Part shown: positions 51,301 to 61,679 of the stretch, piece by piece
How the letters are laid out: each line of letters opens with the position of its first letter
Numbering within the stretch: the first letter of the stretch is position 1
Origin: Candidatus Fermentibacterota bacterium
GTDB lineage: Bacteria; Fermentibacterota; Fermentibacteria; Fermentibacterales; JCC-6
Assembly (NCBI GenBank): GCA_963845085.1
Contig: CAWJQI010000004.1
Coordinates: 768,001-832,000 of the forward strand
Direction: 5' to 3'
DNA: 64,000 bases
Made by a program: the position numbers and the translations under genes
The notes under the pieces: model-generated
What the model was told of the DNA's origin: nothing
Databases searched by the model: none
Seen by the model: only the letters and a program-made list of their open reading frames with translations

Positions 51301-51903
51301 CTTCTTGCGGGCCGGAGCGAGAGGCGCAGGCTTCTTGAGATGTGCCTTGAAAGGCTTTCCCTTGAAAACGGAACCCCGGAAAGGGTTTCATTCGTGCGGC
51401 GTTACGGGACGATGTTCATCTGCGTGTGGGGCTACATACTGGAGAAGCTTGCGCAGGATCCCGAAAACGCCCTTTCGGCGGCCATCTCTTCTTCATGGGT
51501 ATTCGCCGGCGGCGCCGCCTCTCCGCAATATCCCGCCGCGCTCCAGGAAATCCACGATCTCGTCCGCGACGAGGTCAGAAAGCAAAGACATGCCCATGGT
51601 GTCGTGTCCGCAGAAGAAGCACGGGAGATCAGCGCGGACATGCGGCGGAAGTACAGGGACAACGCCGATTCGGTTGCCATTCTGCTCCGCTGGACTGTCG
51701 ACCCCGCAAGGGAGGAACTCCTCAAGCTGCTCGAAGAGAACGAAAAGCTCCTTCAGGCGGTCAGCACGGACCAGGAGCTGCTTCACCTGCTGGACCGTTT
51801 CGGCGACAGAAAGGACATAATGGAAGAGGCCGCGCTGCTTGCCGGAGATCCGGAAAAGCTGAAGAAAAGCCTTGCCGCCGTGTCCCGGAGGAAGAATGGC
51901 TGA
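48349..51903 (+). CDS. Large hypothetical protein (1184 aa, apparently alpha-helical)
   Basis: 3.5-kb open frame; ATGA overlap with the gyrA stop and overlap with the next start; no motif recognised. Confidence 0.8.
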
Positions 51904-52870
51904 AAGGATACTTGTCCTGTCAACCGGCGGGACGATAGAGATGGCTCCCGGCGAACGCGGGCTCGTCATCGGCCCGGGCATGGAGTTCGACCGGCATACC
52001 GCAGGAATTCCCGAATCCATCGAGCTCCGGAACGAGAGGATGTTCAGCCTTCCAAGCCCGCACCTGACGCCTGATCACATGCTGAAACTTACGCTCAGGC
52101 TTCAGGATCTCGAGACCTCTGGCGAGTACAAGGGCGTTGTGGTCACACACGGAACCGACACCCTTGAAGAAAGCGCATTCCTGGCCGACCTTCACCTGCG
52201 GGGCACAACACCCGTTGTTTTCACGGCAGCCATGCGAAGTCCGGGCGAGCTTGGCGTGGATGGACCCAGAAACCTCAGGGCGGCCATTCTAACCGCAAAT
52301 TCGGAAATTCATGACTTCGGAGTAACAGTGGTTCTCGGTGACGAGATCCATGCGGCTGGCCGGGTCACCAAGACATGCACGTCGAACACCAGCAGTTTCA
52401 ATTCGCCGGGATACGGCCCCCTCGGCTTTGTTGATGAAGACGGTGTGATCCTTCACAGAAGACCGCTCTGGCGTCTGTCGGTGCCCCCCGGCCCGGCTGT
52501 TCTCGATACAAGGGTCGGCCTTGTCAGGTGTGCAGCGGGCTTCGGAGGCGAGCTTGTCGACTTTCTTGTCGGGCAGGGCAGCAGGGCGATCGTGATCGAG
52601 GCACTCGGTCGGGGCAATGTGCCCCCCGACACGGCCCACGCGATCAAAAATGCCATCGCAGCCGGGCTCGTGGTGGTGATCACAAGCCGCTGCTACGAAG
52701 GCAGGGTGCTGGGCGTGTATGCGTACGAGGGCGGCTGTGTCGATCTGATGGCTGCCGGTGCGCTGACTGCTGGGGATATGCAGGGTCACAAGATCAGGCT
52801 GATGCTGATGGCCTGCATCGGGCGTGGCATGGGACGGGATGAGATCAGGGGTCTGCTGGGGCGTCTCTGA
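51896..52870 (+). CDS. L-asparaginase (type I/II family)
   Basis: LSTGGTI, VVTHGTDTLEE, PVVFTAAMR, DGPRNL, V.K, GRGNVP, SRC..G; GGAGG plus ATG 51896. Confidence 0.92.
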   Translation: MAERILVLSTGGTIEMAPGERGLVIGPGMEFDRHTAGIPESIELRNERMFSLPSPHLTPDHMLKLTLRLQDLETSGEYKGVVVTHGTDTLEESAFLADLHLRGTTPVVFTAAMRSPGELGVDGPRNLRAAILTANSEIHDFGVTVVLGDEIHAAGRVTKTCTSNTSSFNSPGYGPLGFVDEDGVILHRRPLWRLSVPPGPAVLDTRVGLVRCAAGFGGELVDFLVGQGSRAIVIEALGRGNVPPDTAHAIKNAIAAGLVVVITSRCYEGRVLGVYAYEGGCVDLMAAGALTAGDMQGHKIRLMLMACIGRGMGRDEIRGLLGRL

Positions 52871-52936
52871 GGGATTGGCCCCCTGGCCTGCCCAGAATTA
52901 GGTTATCATGTTCTGGCGACTGCCCACGGAGGAAAG

Positions 52937-53299
52937 ATGGCACGGAGGCATGAGGGGTTCACCATTGCCGTGATACCCCATTCAGCCCATGGAAAAAGGC
53001 GGGAACTGCGCGTTACCGGGGCGGGTGTTCCCCTGTTCCGTGCGGCCTTCGTTCTTGTGCTGCTCATGATTGCCGTCTCAGTCTACATGTCGGTGACAGG
53101 GGTCGTCGGCCAGTCAAGGCTTGTATTGATGGATCAGCGCATTGCCGGGCTTCAGGATTCGCTGGCGATGACCGCTGCCGTCGGCGAACGCCTGGATGCC
53201 ATTGAAGAGCAGCTGGAGGAGATCAGGACCATTCGCAGGGTGATAGAGAACCTTGCCACCCAGGGTGCCCCTCCGGCAGAATTGTCGAACGGAGAATGA
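52937..53299 (+). CDS. Small bitopic membrane protein (N-terminal beta segment, TM, coiled coil) resembling the N-terminus of bactofilin-associated M23 peptidases
   Basis: GGAGG RBS; FTIAVIPH...RELRV, one TM, heptad-rich tail; ATGA overlap with bactofilin. Confidence 0.65.
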   Translation: MARRHEGFTIAVIPHSAHGKRRELRVTGAGVPLFRAAFVLVLLMIAVSVYMSVTGVVGQSRLVLMDQRIAGLQDSLAMTAAVGERLDAIEEQLEEIRTIRRVIENLATQGAPPAELSNGE

Positions 53300-53661
53300 A
53301 AGTGGGTAAAGAAGACGCCGGCAACGCCATTAACTCGATTATCGGGGCGGGAAGCACGTTCACCGGAACGCTGAACGTTCAGGGCGGCCTCAGGGTTGAT
53401 GGGCTTGTGGATGGGGAGGTCAATGTATCCGCCACGCTTACCGTGGGACACGAGGGCCGCATCAAGGGCGAGATCACGGTCGCCCAGGCGGTGATCGGCG
53501 GTGCCATCAACGGAACCATCAAGGCCGAAAACCAGCTTGAGCTTCAGAACGGTTCGAGGGTCGAGGGCGACATTTTCACGAGAAGCCTGGTGATCGAGGA
53601 GGGCGTTTTCTTTCAGGGCCACTGCAGTATGAGTGGCAGGGAAACCCCCCAGCGGAGCTGA
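53296..53661 (+). CDS. Bactofilin (polymer-forming cytoskeletal protein)
   Basis: SIIGAGSTFTG.L...G.LRVDG..DG.V, VG..G.IKG.I, V.GDI....L.IEEG..FQG.C.M. Confidence 0.95.
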   Translation: MKVGKEDAGNAINSIIGAGSTFTGTLNVQGGLRVDGLVDGEVNVSATLTVGHEGRIKGEITVAQAVIGGAINGTIKAENQLELQNGSRVEGDIFTRSLVIEEGVFFQGHCSMSGRETPQRS

Positions 53662-53671
53662 CGGGGGGCGA

Positions 53672-53769
53672 TGTGGAAAACATGCCCTTTGTGTTGATAA
53701 CCGTGTAAATGCTTTATTCACAAACGGTAACCTTTGTTTTCTAAAGCCGTTTGGCATTTGATATCCACA
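53672..53769. promoter_or_regulatory. DnaA-box cluster upstream of the V/A-type ATP synthase operon
   Basis: TGTGGAAAA 53672, TGTTGATAA 53692, TTATTCACA 53714 and ATATCCACA 53761, each within one mismatch of TTATCCACA, in an AT-rich intergenic gap. Confidence 0.68.
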
Positions 53770-53809
53770 ACTGCACTGTTGCCAGTGTCCAGCGGAAGGG
53801 TGGATTCAG

Positions 53810-54124
53810 TTGAGTGAGAGCCTTGCATCTCTTCTTGCGGCGGAAGCCCGGGCGGCTGAGCTTTTGGAGAAGGCGGGCCGCGAGGCCCAGGCGGAGCGTA
53901 ACTCTATCCCGGCTGCCCTGAAGGAGCTTGAAGACAGGTATGAAAGCGCTCTGGCCGCAGCCGGGGAGAGAGAGATGGCAGGTATTGTCGCGGAGATCGA
54001 GTCATACAGGATCGAGCTGCACCGGAAGAAGATCGAGCTTGAAGAGGCCTTGAAACAAAGGTCACTCGAGCTGCACCCGCAGGCGCTTGAGCTCCTCCGC
54101 GGCAGAATCCTGCGGGGCGACTGA
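53810..54124 (+). CDS. V/A-type ATP synthase peripheral stalk subunit G(H)-like
   Basis: 104-aa Ala/Glu-rich coiled coil (AE..A.ELLEKA..EA); first gene before subunit I. Confidence 0.7.
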   Translation: MSESLASLLAAEARAAELLEKAGREAQAERNSIPAALKELEDRYESALAAAGEREMAGIVAEIESYRIELHRKKIELEEALKQRSLELHPQALELLRGRILRGD

Positions 54125-54125
54125 A

Positions 54126-56111
54126 ATGGCCCGGGAAGAAGTCGTCAAGACCGAAATTCTTTGCCACAACTCCCACCGGTTCGACGTGCTGAAGCTTCTT
54201 GAGCGCTCCGGCATGGTTCACCTGTCCGACGCCGATGCCGGCGGATTGTCGGGGTTTGCACCGGTTTTTCCGGAGAGCCTCGAAGAGCTGCGCGAGCTCA
54301 GGCTGAGGCTTGAAAGGGCGAACCAGTTCCTTTCCGCCTTCAGGGAGGTCGGGAAGCAACCCGAGCAGGTGGTAACCCGGGAAGCCCTTGAGCGAATCTA
54401 CGGCGACCCTTCGGTCCGTGTTGCCGCGGAGGAAGCGGTGGCGCTCCAGGGTGAGATCCTTGAACACGGCCAGCGCATTCGTGACCTTGAGTTGAAGAGG
54501 GAATACGTCGAAAGGTTTCGCTCACTGTCATGCCGTTTCGATCTTGTGGGCAGAAACGGCGACTTCACGGTAATCGCGGGAACCCTTCCCGGCGCTGCCG
54601 ATGCAGCGCCCCTTCTCGCAGGCGAATTCGACATGGCGGACTTCTCGGTGCTTGAAGGCGATATCCTTCTTTCGGTGGTGCACTCCTCCCGGTTCGATGC
54701 CCTTTCCGAAAGGCTTGCATCGAAGGGGTTCATCCCGGGAGAGTTCGCGGGGCTCTCGGCCGAACCGGCGGAAGAGCTGTCCAGGCTGGACCGCATGATC
54801 GGAACAACCCGGGAGACGCTCGCGAAGGCCACTGATAAAGCCCGGGATCTTGTCACCAGGCTCGATGAGATCAGGATGCTCTACGATTCCACAGGACTTC
54901 TGATTGCAAGGGGCGAGGCTGCCTCGGGCGGGCTCTCATCATCGAGCGTGCTCGTCCTGCACGCCTGGATGCGGAAGGGTGATGTGCCGCATCTTCGTTC
55001 CGAGCTTGAGAAGCTTGCGGCGGCAGGAATTGAGGAGATCGAGCCCGGTGACGGGGAGACACCTCCGGTGTTCCTGTCCGAGCGAACCACAGTCGATCCC
55101 TACCTCATGCTGACCGACATGTTCGGCAGGCCCGCCGGAGCGGATCCCGACCCCACGCCTCTTTTCGCTCCGTTTTACGCGCTGTTTTTCGGAATCTGCA
55201 TCGGGGATGTGGGATACGGCGCCGCTCTTATCCTCGGCAGCGCACTGGGGTGGTGGATGACGGACAGGCGCGGCGGAAATTCCAGACTGTTCAGGCTCAT
55301 CTTTCAGGGCGGGATAGTGAGCATCTTCACCGGGATCCTTCTCGGAGGCTGGTTCGGGATAGACTTCAATCTGCTTCCGCCATTGCTTCAGGCGCCGGCA
55401 ATGCTTCTGAACAACCTTGTCCCGGGCTACGCGCCGGGCAAACCTGGCTTTTCGGTCTCCAACCAGTTCCTTTACCTCACCCTCGGACTGGGGCTGCTTC
55501 AACTCTCATGGGGCGTGATCGTTAACCTTCCCAAACGACTCAGACAGGGGGAGGGCATGGTCGCTGTGCTCGAGCAGGGCGGCTGGATGCTTTCCATTGC
55601 CGGCCTCTTCCCCTGGCTCTTCAACCGGTTTCTCCTCAACGGAGCTTTGTATGACATCAGCGGTCCTGCGGACAAGGTGTTCCTGATCATGCTCGGCGCC
55701 GGGGCGCTTCTTATCTTCATCATGGGCGGCAGGACTGCGGGAAGCATCGGGGGCAGGGTCGGGCTCGGGGCATACGCCGCTTACGGGATCATCAACCTGC
55801 TTGGAGATGTGCTCAGCTACTCCAGGCTTTTCGCCCTGGCGCTGTCCGGCTCCATCATAGCCCAGGTGATCAACGAGATAGCGGGAATGCTCGCCGGAAG
55901 CATCGCGGGCGTGGGGATCGTTCTCGCAGTCGTTGTACTGGTGGCAGGCCACGCGTTCAACCTGGCAATGGCCGTGCTCTCCGGTTTCATTCATACGGCC
56001 AGGCTCCAATTCGTTGAGTTTTTCGGAAAGTTTTACGACGGAACGGGCGTCCCGTTCTCTCCGCTTCGGTACCGGCCGCGTTTCGTGCGCATAGGGGATT
56101 CGACATCATGA
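54126..56111 (+). CDS. atpI: V/A-type ATP synthase subunit I (a)
   Basis: PPV.L, DPTP.FAPFY..FFG...GD.GYG, GDVLSYSRLFALAL, H..N, HTARLQFVEFF.KFY.G.G..F.P. Confidence 0.95.
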   Translation: MAREEVVKTEILCHNSHRFDVLKLLERSGMVHLSDADAGGLSGFAPVFPESLEELRELRLRLERANQFLSAFREVGKQPEQVVTREALERIYGDPSVRVAAEEAVALQGEILEHGQRIRDLELKREYVERFRSLSCRFDLVGRNGDFTVIAGTLPGAADAAPLLAGEFDMADFSVLEGDILLSVVHSSRFDALSERLASKGFIPGEFAGLSAEPAEELSRLDRMIGTTRETLAKATDKARDLVTRLDEIRMLYDSTGLLIARGEAASGGLSSSSVLVLHAWMRKGDVPHLRSELEKLAAAGIEEIEPGDGETPPVFLSERTTVDPYLMLTDMFGRPAGADPDPTPLFAPFYALFFGICIGDVGYGAALILGSALGWWMTDRRGGNSRLFRLIFQGGIVSIFTGILLGGWFGIDFNLLPPLLQAPAMLLNNLVPGYAPGKPGFSVSNQFLYLTLGLGLLQLSWGVIVNLPKRLRQGEGMVAVLEQGGWMLSIAGLFPWLFNRFLLNGALYDISGPADKVFLIMLGAGALLIFIMGGRTAGSIGGRVGLGAYAAYGIINLLGDVLSYSRLFALALSGSIIAQVINEIAGMLAGSIAGVGIVLAVVVLVAGHAFNLAMAVLSGFIHTARLQFVEFFGKFYDGTGVPFSPLRYRPRFVRIGDSTS

Positions 56112-56143
56112 TAACAACCACCATTCCACAGGGAGGACAGTAA

Positions 56144-56599
56144 GTGTCAGTCATTCTCATTGCCTACATGGGCGCCGCCTTTGCATGCATCCTGGCGGGA
56201 ATCGGCAGTTCGGTCGGCGTGGGCATAGCCGCCCAGGCCAGCACCGGTGTCATGAGTGTCGATCCCAAGAAGTTCGGCAAGCTGCTCCTGCTCTCCGCCC
56301 TGCCGGGCACGCAGGGCATCTACGGATTCGTCATCGCCTTCCTGCTCCTGCAGAAGATCGCCGGATTCAGCGTCATCGAAACCGCCGACGCATGGAAAAT
56401 CTGCATTGCAGGCCTTCCTGTCGGGATGGCCGGGCTCCTCTCCGGAATTCACCAGGGCAAGGTCTGCGCATCGGGCGCAATGATGACCGCAAAGCAGCCC
56501 GATGATTCCGGGAAGGCCCTCATTCTGGCAGTATTCGTTGAGTTCTACGCGATCCTCGGCTTTCTTGTCAGCTTCCTCATGCTCGGACAGATCGGTTAG
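56144..56599 (+). CDS. atpK: V/A-type ATP synthase subunit K (4-TM, NtpK-like, Na+-type signature)
   Basis: GIGSSVGVG, LPGTQGIYG, SGIHQGKV, VEFYAILG. Confidence 0.95.
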   Translation: MSVILIAYMGAAFACILAGIGSSVGVGIAAQASTGVMSVDPKKFGKLLLLSALPGTQGIYGFVIAFLLLQKIAGFSVIETADAWKICIAGLPVGMAGLLSGIHQGKVCASGAMMTAKQPDDSGKALILAVFVEFYAILGFLVSFLMLGQIG

Positions 56600-56604
56600 C
56601 CGGA

Positions 56605-57195
56605 ATGTCCCTCGAGGCAATAAGGCAGAAGATCATCCGGGATGCCGAGGCCGAGGCCGCGCGAGTTTTGTCCGAAGCCCGCCACGAAAAGAAGACGGCC
56701 GTTGAGGAAGCCCGTGCCAGGCTCGCAACCAGGGCGGAGAAGGACAGGGCAAAGCTTATTGAGAGCCTCAGGGATCGAAAGACCAGGATGCGCGAACACG
56801 CGCTGCGTGAGGAGGAGCGAAACCTCCTCAATACCCGGCGGACCCTCATCGACCGGGCCGTAGACAGCGCGGTGGACAAACTGCTCGAATCTGACGACTA
56901 TCCCGTGCTTATCGCCGCGCTGCTTTCCAGATGCGCCTTCTCCGGTGACGTGGAGGTCGTTGTCGCTGCAAGGGATGCTGACCTCGTCACCCAGGCGTTT
57001 CTCGACCGCCATTCCTCCACCGGGGTGAGGTTCAGGCTCGCGGCCGGACAACACAATTCAAGGGGAGGCGTGATACTCAGATCTGGACGCGTGAGCCAGA
57101 ACGCCACGATTGAAATGGTGGCCTCCCTGGTTCACGAGGAGATTGTGATGGAGCTGTCCCGGAAGCTTCCGGTCGAGAAGCTGGAGGCCATGTGA
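56605..57195 (+). CDS. atpE: V/A-type ATP synthase subunit E
   Basis: MSLEAI..KI..DA..EA..., long N-terminal helix, GGVIL..G....N.T; operon position. Confidence 0.9.
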   Translation: MSLEAIRQKIIRDAEAEAARVLSEARHEKKTAVEEARARLATRAEKDRAKLIESLRDRKTRMREHALREEERNLLNTRRTLIDRAVDSAVDKLLESDDYPVLIAALLSRCAFSGDVEVVVAARDADLVTQAFLDRHSSTGVRFRLAAGQHNSRGGVILRSGRVSQNATIEMVASLVHEEIVMELSRKLPVEKLEAM

Positions 57196-58154
57196 GCTCC
57201 TGGGAGTACACGGCGGGCAGGATAAGCGCGCTCGAGACATCCCTTCTGTCCGACAGGACATGGGGCCAGATAACGGGTTCGCCCGGGATAGAGGATCTGT
57301 TGAAGCTGCTGGGTGACACCTGGTATGGCCACCTGATCCACGGCGATGCGATAGAGGACGCCCTGAATCGGGCCGTGTCCACAGCAGAAGACGAACTGCT
57401 CGAACTTGACACGGGAAGCGGCCTTGCCAATGCAATGCTCCTCAGGAGGGACGTTCGGAACGCCAGGTATGTCTGGAAGGACATGGCAGGCGGCGGAGAC
57501 GGTGCGGTTCCACAGGAGGCCGACGGTGCCATTCCCGCAACGGTTTTTGCCCGGGCGTGGAATGATCCGGCCCAGGCCGACGGGCTTCCCGCAGAGTTCC
57601 GCAGCGCCCTGGAGAGCGTACGCGGTCTTCCCCAGGGGGATTCCCTCGGCGTCGACATGATCCTCGACCAGCTTGCCGCATCGGTCGAGAAGAACCACAT
57701 GGGCAGCCTCGATCCCGAACTGCTCTCGTTCGCCCGTTCACGCATCGAGCTCGGGAATTTTCTTACTGCGGGCAGGCTTGGAACGGGAAACATGGCCGCA
57801 GGCCGGATTGAGGAATGGCTGCTCCAGGGGGGATTTCACACCCCGGAGGAAATACTGGAAGCGCTCCGAAAAAACCGGCTGCCTGAAGCCCTTGCGGAAA
57901 ATCCCGGTTTTGAGGCCGCAGCCGTCTCGTTGAAGGAAGCTCTTGACGGGGGATCCTTCCTCCCGTTCCAGAAGGAAAGCGACAGGGTCATCCTCGGTCT
58001 TCTCTCGGGGCTTTCCGCCAAACCTTTTGGTCCGGGGCTGCTCGCATCTTATGTGCTGCGCAGGGAGCTCGAGGCTGTTCACCTGAACCTTGTCGTGGCC
58101 GCAAAGAAGGCCGAAATGAACACTGTGAAGCTGCTTGCGCGGCTTCCCAGGTGA
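57192..58154 (+). CDS. atpC: V/A-type ATP synthase subunit C
   Basis: Y..GRI.ALE..LL, L.DT.Y, D..N, PFG...L.SY...RE.E...L; operon position. Confidence 0.87.
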   Translation: MSSWEYTAGRISALETSLLSDRTWGQITGSPGIEDLLKLLGDTWYGHLIHGDAIEDALNRAVSTAEDELLELDTGSGLANAMLLRRDVRNARYVWKDMAGGGDGAVPQEADGAIPATVFARAWNDPAQADGLPAEFRSALESVRGLPQGDSLGVDMILDQLAASVEKNHMGSLDPELLSFARSRIELGNFLTAGRLGTGNMAAGRIEEWLLQGGFHTPEEILEALRKNRLPEALAENPGFEAAAVSLKEALDGGSFLPFQKESDRVILGLLSGLSAKPFGPGLLASYVLRRELEAVHLNLVVAAKKAEMNTVKLLARLPR

Positions 58155-58492
58155 ACGGAGCTGTGATGGCCGACGGGCGTACGGCATTTCTGGGCGACGC
58201 CGATTCGGTGCTGGGCTTCAGGGCACTCGGGGTTGAAACCTACACTCCCCTGGACAGGGAGAACGCGAGAAAGACCTTCCAGCGCCTGGTGAAGGAAAAG
58301 TTTTCGGTGATAATGGTCACCGAGGACATCATGGAGAAGATAGATGACCTTGTGGCCGATACACTCGGCCTGCCGCTGCCCGCAGTGGTGGTTTTGCCGG
58401 GTGTTTCCGGAAGCCGCCGCCGCGGCGAGGATGCCATTAGAACACTGATCATCAAAGCCGTTGGAGTTGATCTGATGAGCGAGGATGAATAG
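58151..58492 (+). CDS. atpF: V/A-type ATP synthase subunit F
   Basis: [33 protein letters not shown]. Start could be ATG 58166. Confidence 0.92.
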   Translation: MNGAVMADGRTAFLGDADSVLGFRALGVETYTPLDRENARKTFQRLVKEKFSVIMVTEDIMEKIDDLVADTLGLPLPAVVVLPGVSGSRRRGEDAIRTLIIKAVGVDLMSEDE

Positions 58493-58506
58493 CCGGAGGA
58501 AGCCGA

Positions 58507-60276
58507 ATGCAGCAGGGAAGGATTGACAAGATAGCCGGCCCCCTGGTGGTGGCCAGGGGAATGACCGAGGCCAGGATGTACGATGTGGTTTATGTCTCCG
58601 ACTACCGGCTCATCGGTGAGATCATCGAGCTCAAGGGGGACAGGGCCAGCATTCAGGTTTACGAAGAGACCGCGGGCCTGAAACCCGGAGACCCGGTATA
58701 CGAAACGGGCCTTCCCCTGTCGGTCGAGCTCGGCCCGGGGCTGCTCACATCGATTTACGACGGGATCCAGCGTCCTCTCGACAAGGTCAGGGAACAGGCG
58801 GGGGACTGGATCGGCAGGGGGATCAACATCCCCGGCCTTGACCATGGGAAGAAATGGGGCTTCACCCCGGTAATCACGCCCGGCAGGGCGGTCAGCGGAG
58901 GCGAGTTCATCGGTGTGGTGCAGGAGACGGAACTCATCCAGCACAGGGTGATGGTTCCTCCCGGTGTCGCGGGGGAAGTTGAATGGGTTGCCCAGGCCGG
59001 AGACTATACGATAGATGAGGGCATTGCCAGGGTCAGGCTGTCGAACGGCGAAACCAGGAAGCTTTCGATGCTTCAGAAATGGCCCGTGAGAAAGCCGCGG
59101 CCCTTTGCGACAAAGCTCGCCCCGAACGAGCCGCTCATCACGGGACAGAGGGTCATCGACGCATTCTTTCCTGTCGGCAAGGGCGGAACCGCTTGCGTTC
59201 CGGGCCCCTTCGGCAGCGGCAAGACGGTCATTCAGCACCAGCTCGCGAAGTGGGCCGATTCGGAGATAGTGGTGTACGTCGGCTGCGGTGAGCGCGGCAA
59301 TGAGATGACCGATGTGCTCCAGGAGTTTCCCGAGCTCGAGGATCCCAAGAGCGGCAAACCCCTGATCCTCAAGACGGTGCTGGTGGCCAACACCTCGAAC
59401 ATGCCGGTGGCTGCACGCGAGGCAAGCGTTTACACGGGCGTCACCATAGCCGAGTATTTCCGCGACATGGGCTACTCCGTTGCCCTCATGGCTGACTCCA
59501 CAAGTCGATGGGCCGAGGCCATGAGGGAGATGAGCGGCAGGCTCGAGGAGATGCCCGGCGAGGAGGGTTACCCGGCCTACCTCGGAACACGCATCGCCGA
59601 GTTCTACGAGAGGGCCGGCAAAGTCGAATGCCTCGGCGATCACGACCGGACGGGCGCGCTTACGGTGGTGGGGGCGGTTAGCCCCGCGGGTGGCGACCTT
59701 TCCGACCCGGTCGTCCAGGCCACGCTCAGGGTTGTGAAGGTGTTCTGGAGCCTTCAGGCGAACCTTGCGTACATGCGCCACTTTCCCGCGATCGGCTGGC
59801 TGGACAGCTACTCCCTCTACATCAGGAACCTGAGGGAGTACTACGACGGCACTCTTGGGCCTGAATGGGTCAAAATGGTTTCAAGGGCAATGGCCCTTCT
59901 GCAGGAAGAGGCGAACCTTCAGGAGATAGCGAGGCTTGTCGGAGCCGAGTCCCTGTCGCCGGAAGACCAGCTCGTCCTTTTCACAAGCCGTTCGCTCCGG
60001 GAGGACTTTCTTCACCAGAACGCCTTCCACCCTGTCGACACGTATGCGTCCATAGAAAAACAGAAAGCCATGCTCGAGGTTATCATGCACACCCATGACG
60101 GGATGAGCGCTGCGCTCAGATCCGGTGTCGCGCCCCGCGACCTCTTCCTCTTCCCGATGCGCGAGAAGATCGCGGGCATGCGCTACCTTCCGGAAGAGCA
60201 TGTTTCCTCAATCAATGATCTCAAGGACCTGATCACCGGCGAGCTTGACTCCATGGTCGAGAAGGCCGGCATTTAA
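58507..60276 (+). CDS. atpA: V/A-type ATP synthase catalytic subunit A
   Basis: [62 protein letters not shown]. Confidence 0.97.
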   Translation: MQQGRIDKIAGPLVVARGMTEARMYDVVYVSDYRLIGEIIELKGDRASIQVYEETAGLKPGDPVYETGLPLSVELGPGLLTSIYDGIQRPLDKVREQAGDWIGRGINIPGLDHGKKWGFTPVITPGRAVSGGEFIGVVQETELIQHRVMVPPGVAGEVEWVAQAGDYTIDEGIARVRLSNGETRKLSMLQKWPVRKPRPFATKLAPNEPLITGQRVIDAFFPVGKGGTACVPGPFGSGKTVIQHQLAKWADSEIVVYVGCGERGNEMTDVLQEFPELEDPKSGKPLILKTVLVANTSNMPVAAREASVYTGVTIAEYFRDMGYSVALMADSTSRWAEAMREMSGRLEEMPGEEGYPAYLGTRIAEFYERAGKVECLGDHDRTGALTVVGAVSPAGGDLSDPVVQATLRVVKVFWSLQANLAYMRHFPAIGWLDSYSLYIRNLREYYDGTLGPEWVKMVSRAMALLQEEANLQEIARLVGAESLSPEDQLVLFTSRSLREDFLHQNAFHPVDTYASIEKQKAMLEVIMHTHDGMSAALRSGVAPRDLFLFPMREKIAGMRYLPEEHVSSINDLKDLITGELDSMVEKAGI

Positions 60277-60290
60277 CCGGAGGTGACGAC

Positions 60291-61678
60291 GTGATCAAGG
60301 AATACACCACAACTGTTGAGATCTCCGGGCCGCTGATGCTGGTGGACGGAGTCACTGAGGTCAGTTTCGAGGAGCTTGTCGAGATTGAGCTTCCGTCAGG
60401 CGAGATCCGCCACGGGAAGGTTCTTGAAGTCGATTCGCGCAAGGCGCTTGTCCAGCTGTTCGAGGGCTCCACCGGAACGGACCTTTCGCTGTGCCGGGTG
60501 CGCTTCCTCGGCAAGGGCGTGGAGCTCGGGGTCAGCACGGAAATGCTTGGAAGGGTTTTCGACGGCCAGGGAAGACCCCGCCCCCCTTCGACACCGCTCC
60601 GCCCATCGTCCCGGAGAAGATGGTGAACATCAACGGCGCCCCGATCAACCCCTACGCCCGTGATTACCCCGCCGAATTCATCCAGACCGGCTTCAGCAGC
60701 ATCGACGGCATCAACACACTCGTGAGGGGGCAGAAGCTCCCGGTCTTCAGTGCCAACGGGTTGCCGCACGGAGAGGTCGCAGCCCAGATAGCACGGCAGG
60801 CAAAGGTTCTCGGCAAGGGCGAGAGTTTTGCGGTCGTCTTCGCCGCCATGGGTATAACGTTCGAAGAGGCTGACTACTTCATCCGTGACTTCAAGGCAAC
60901 CGGTGCGATGGACAGGGCCGTGGTCTTCCTGAACCTCGCGGACGACCCCGCCATCGAGCGCATTGCAACACCCAGAATGGCCCTCACGGCAGCCGAGTAC
61001 CTCGCCTACGAGAAGGACATGCACATCCTCGTGATCCTCACCGACATGACAAACTACTGCGACGCCCTGAGAGAGATCAGTGCCGCACGGAAGGAAGTTC
61101 CGGGAAGAAGGGGCTACCCCGGATACCTTTACACCGACCTTGCATCGATCTACGAGAGGGCGGGACGGATCAAGGGCCGAAAGGGCTCCATCACACAGAT
61201 CCCCATTCTGACCATGCCCGAGGATGACAAAACCCATCCCATCCCCGACCTCACGGGGTACATCACCGAGGGCCAGCTCATTCTGAACCGCGAGCTTCAC
61301 AAGAAGGGCATTTACCCCCCCATGGACGTCATGGAGTCCCTGTCCAGGCTGAAGGACAAGGGGATCGGCAGGAACAAGACGCGCGAGGACCACTCCGACC
61401 TTTTCAACCAGCTCATGGCCGCCTATTCGGCCGGCAAGCAGGCCAGGGAACTTTCGGTGATCCTCGGTGTTGCCGCGCTCAGCGCTCTGGACAGGCAGTT
61501 TCTGCAGTTCGCCGAGGAGTTCGAGAAGCGCTACATCAGCCAGGACGACCATGAGAACAGGGGCATCGAGGAAACGCTCAACCTTGGATGGGAGCTTCTC
61601 AAGCACCTGCCCAGGGAGGAGATGAAGAGGATCCGCCCCGAGTACCTCGACAGGTACTGGCCCGTGGACAAGGGCTGA
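60291..61678 (+). CDS. atpB: V/A-type ATP synthase subunit B, split by an 8-nt insertion at ~60579-60586
   Basis: The N-part ([23 protein letters not shown]) and the C-part ([50 protein letters not shown]) join in frame if CGCCCCCC is removed. Confidence 0.92.
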
Positions 61679-61679
61679 C

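Noticed and set aside
60291..61678. atpB as a true pseudogene or programmed frameshift
   Set aside because: Both halves are fully conserved within an otherwise intact nine-gene operon, and the insert looks like an assembly artefact.
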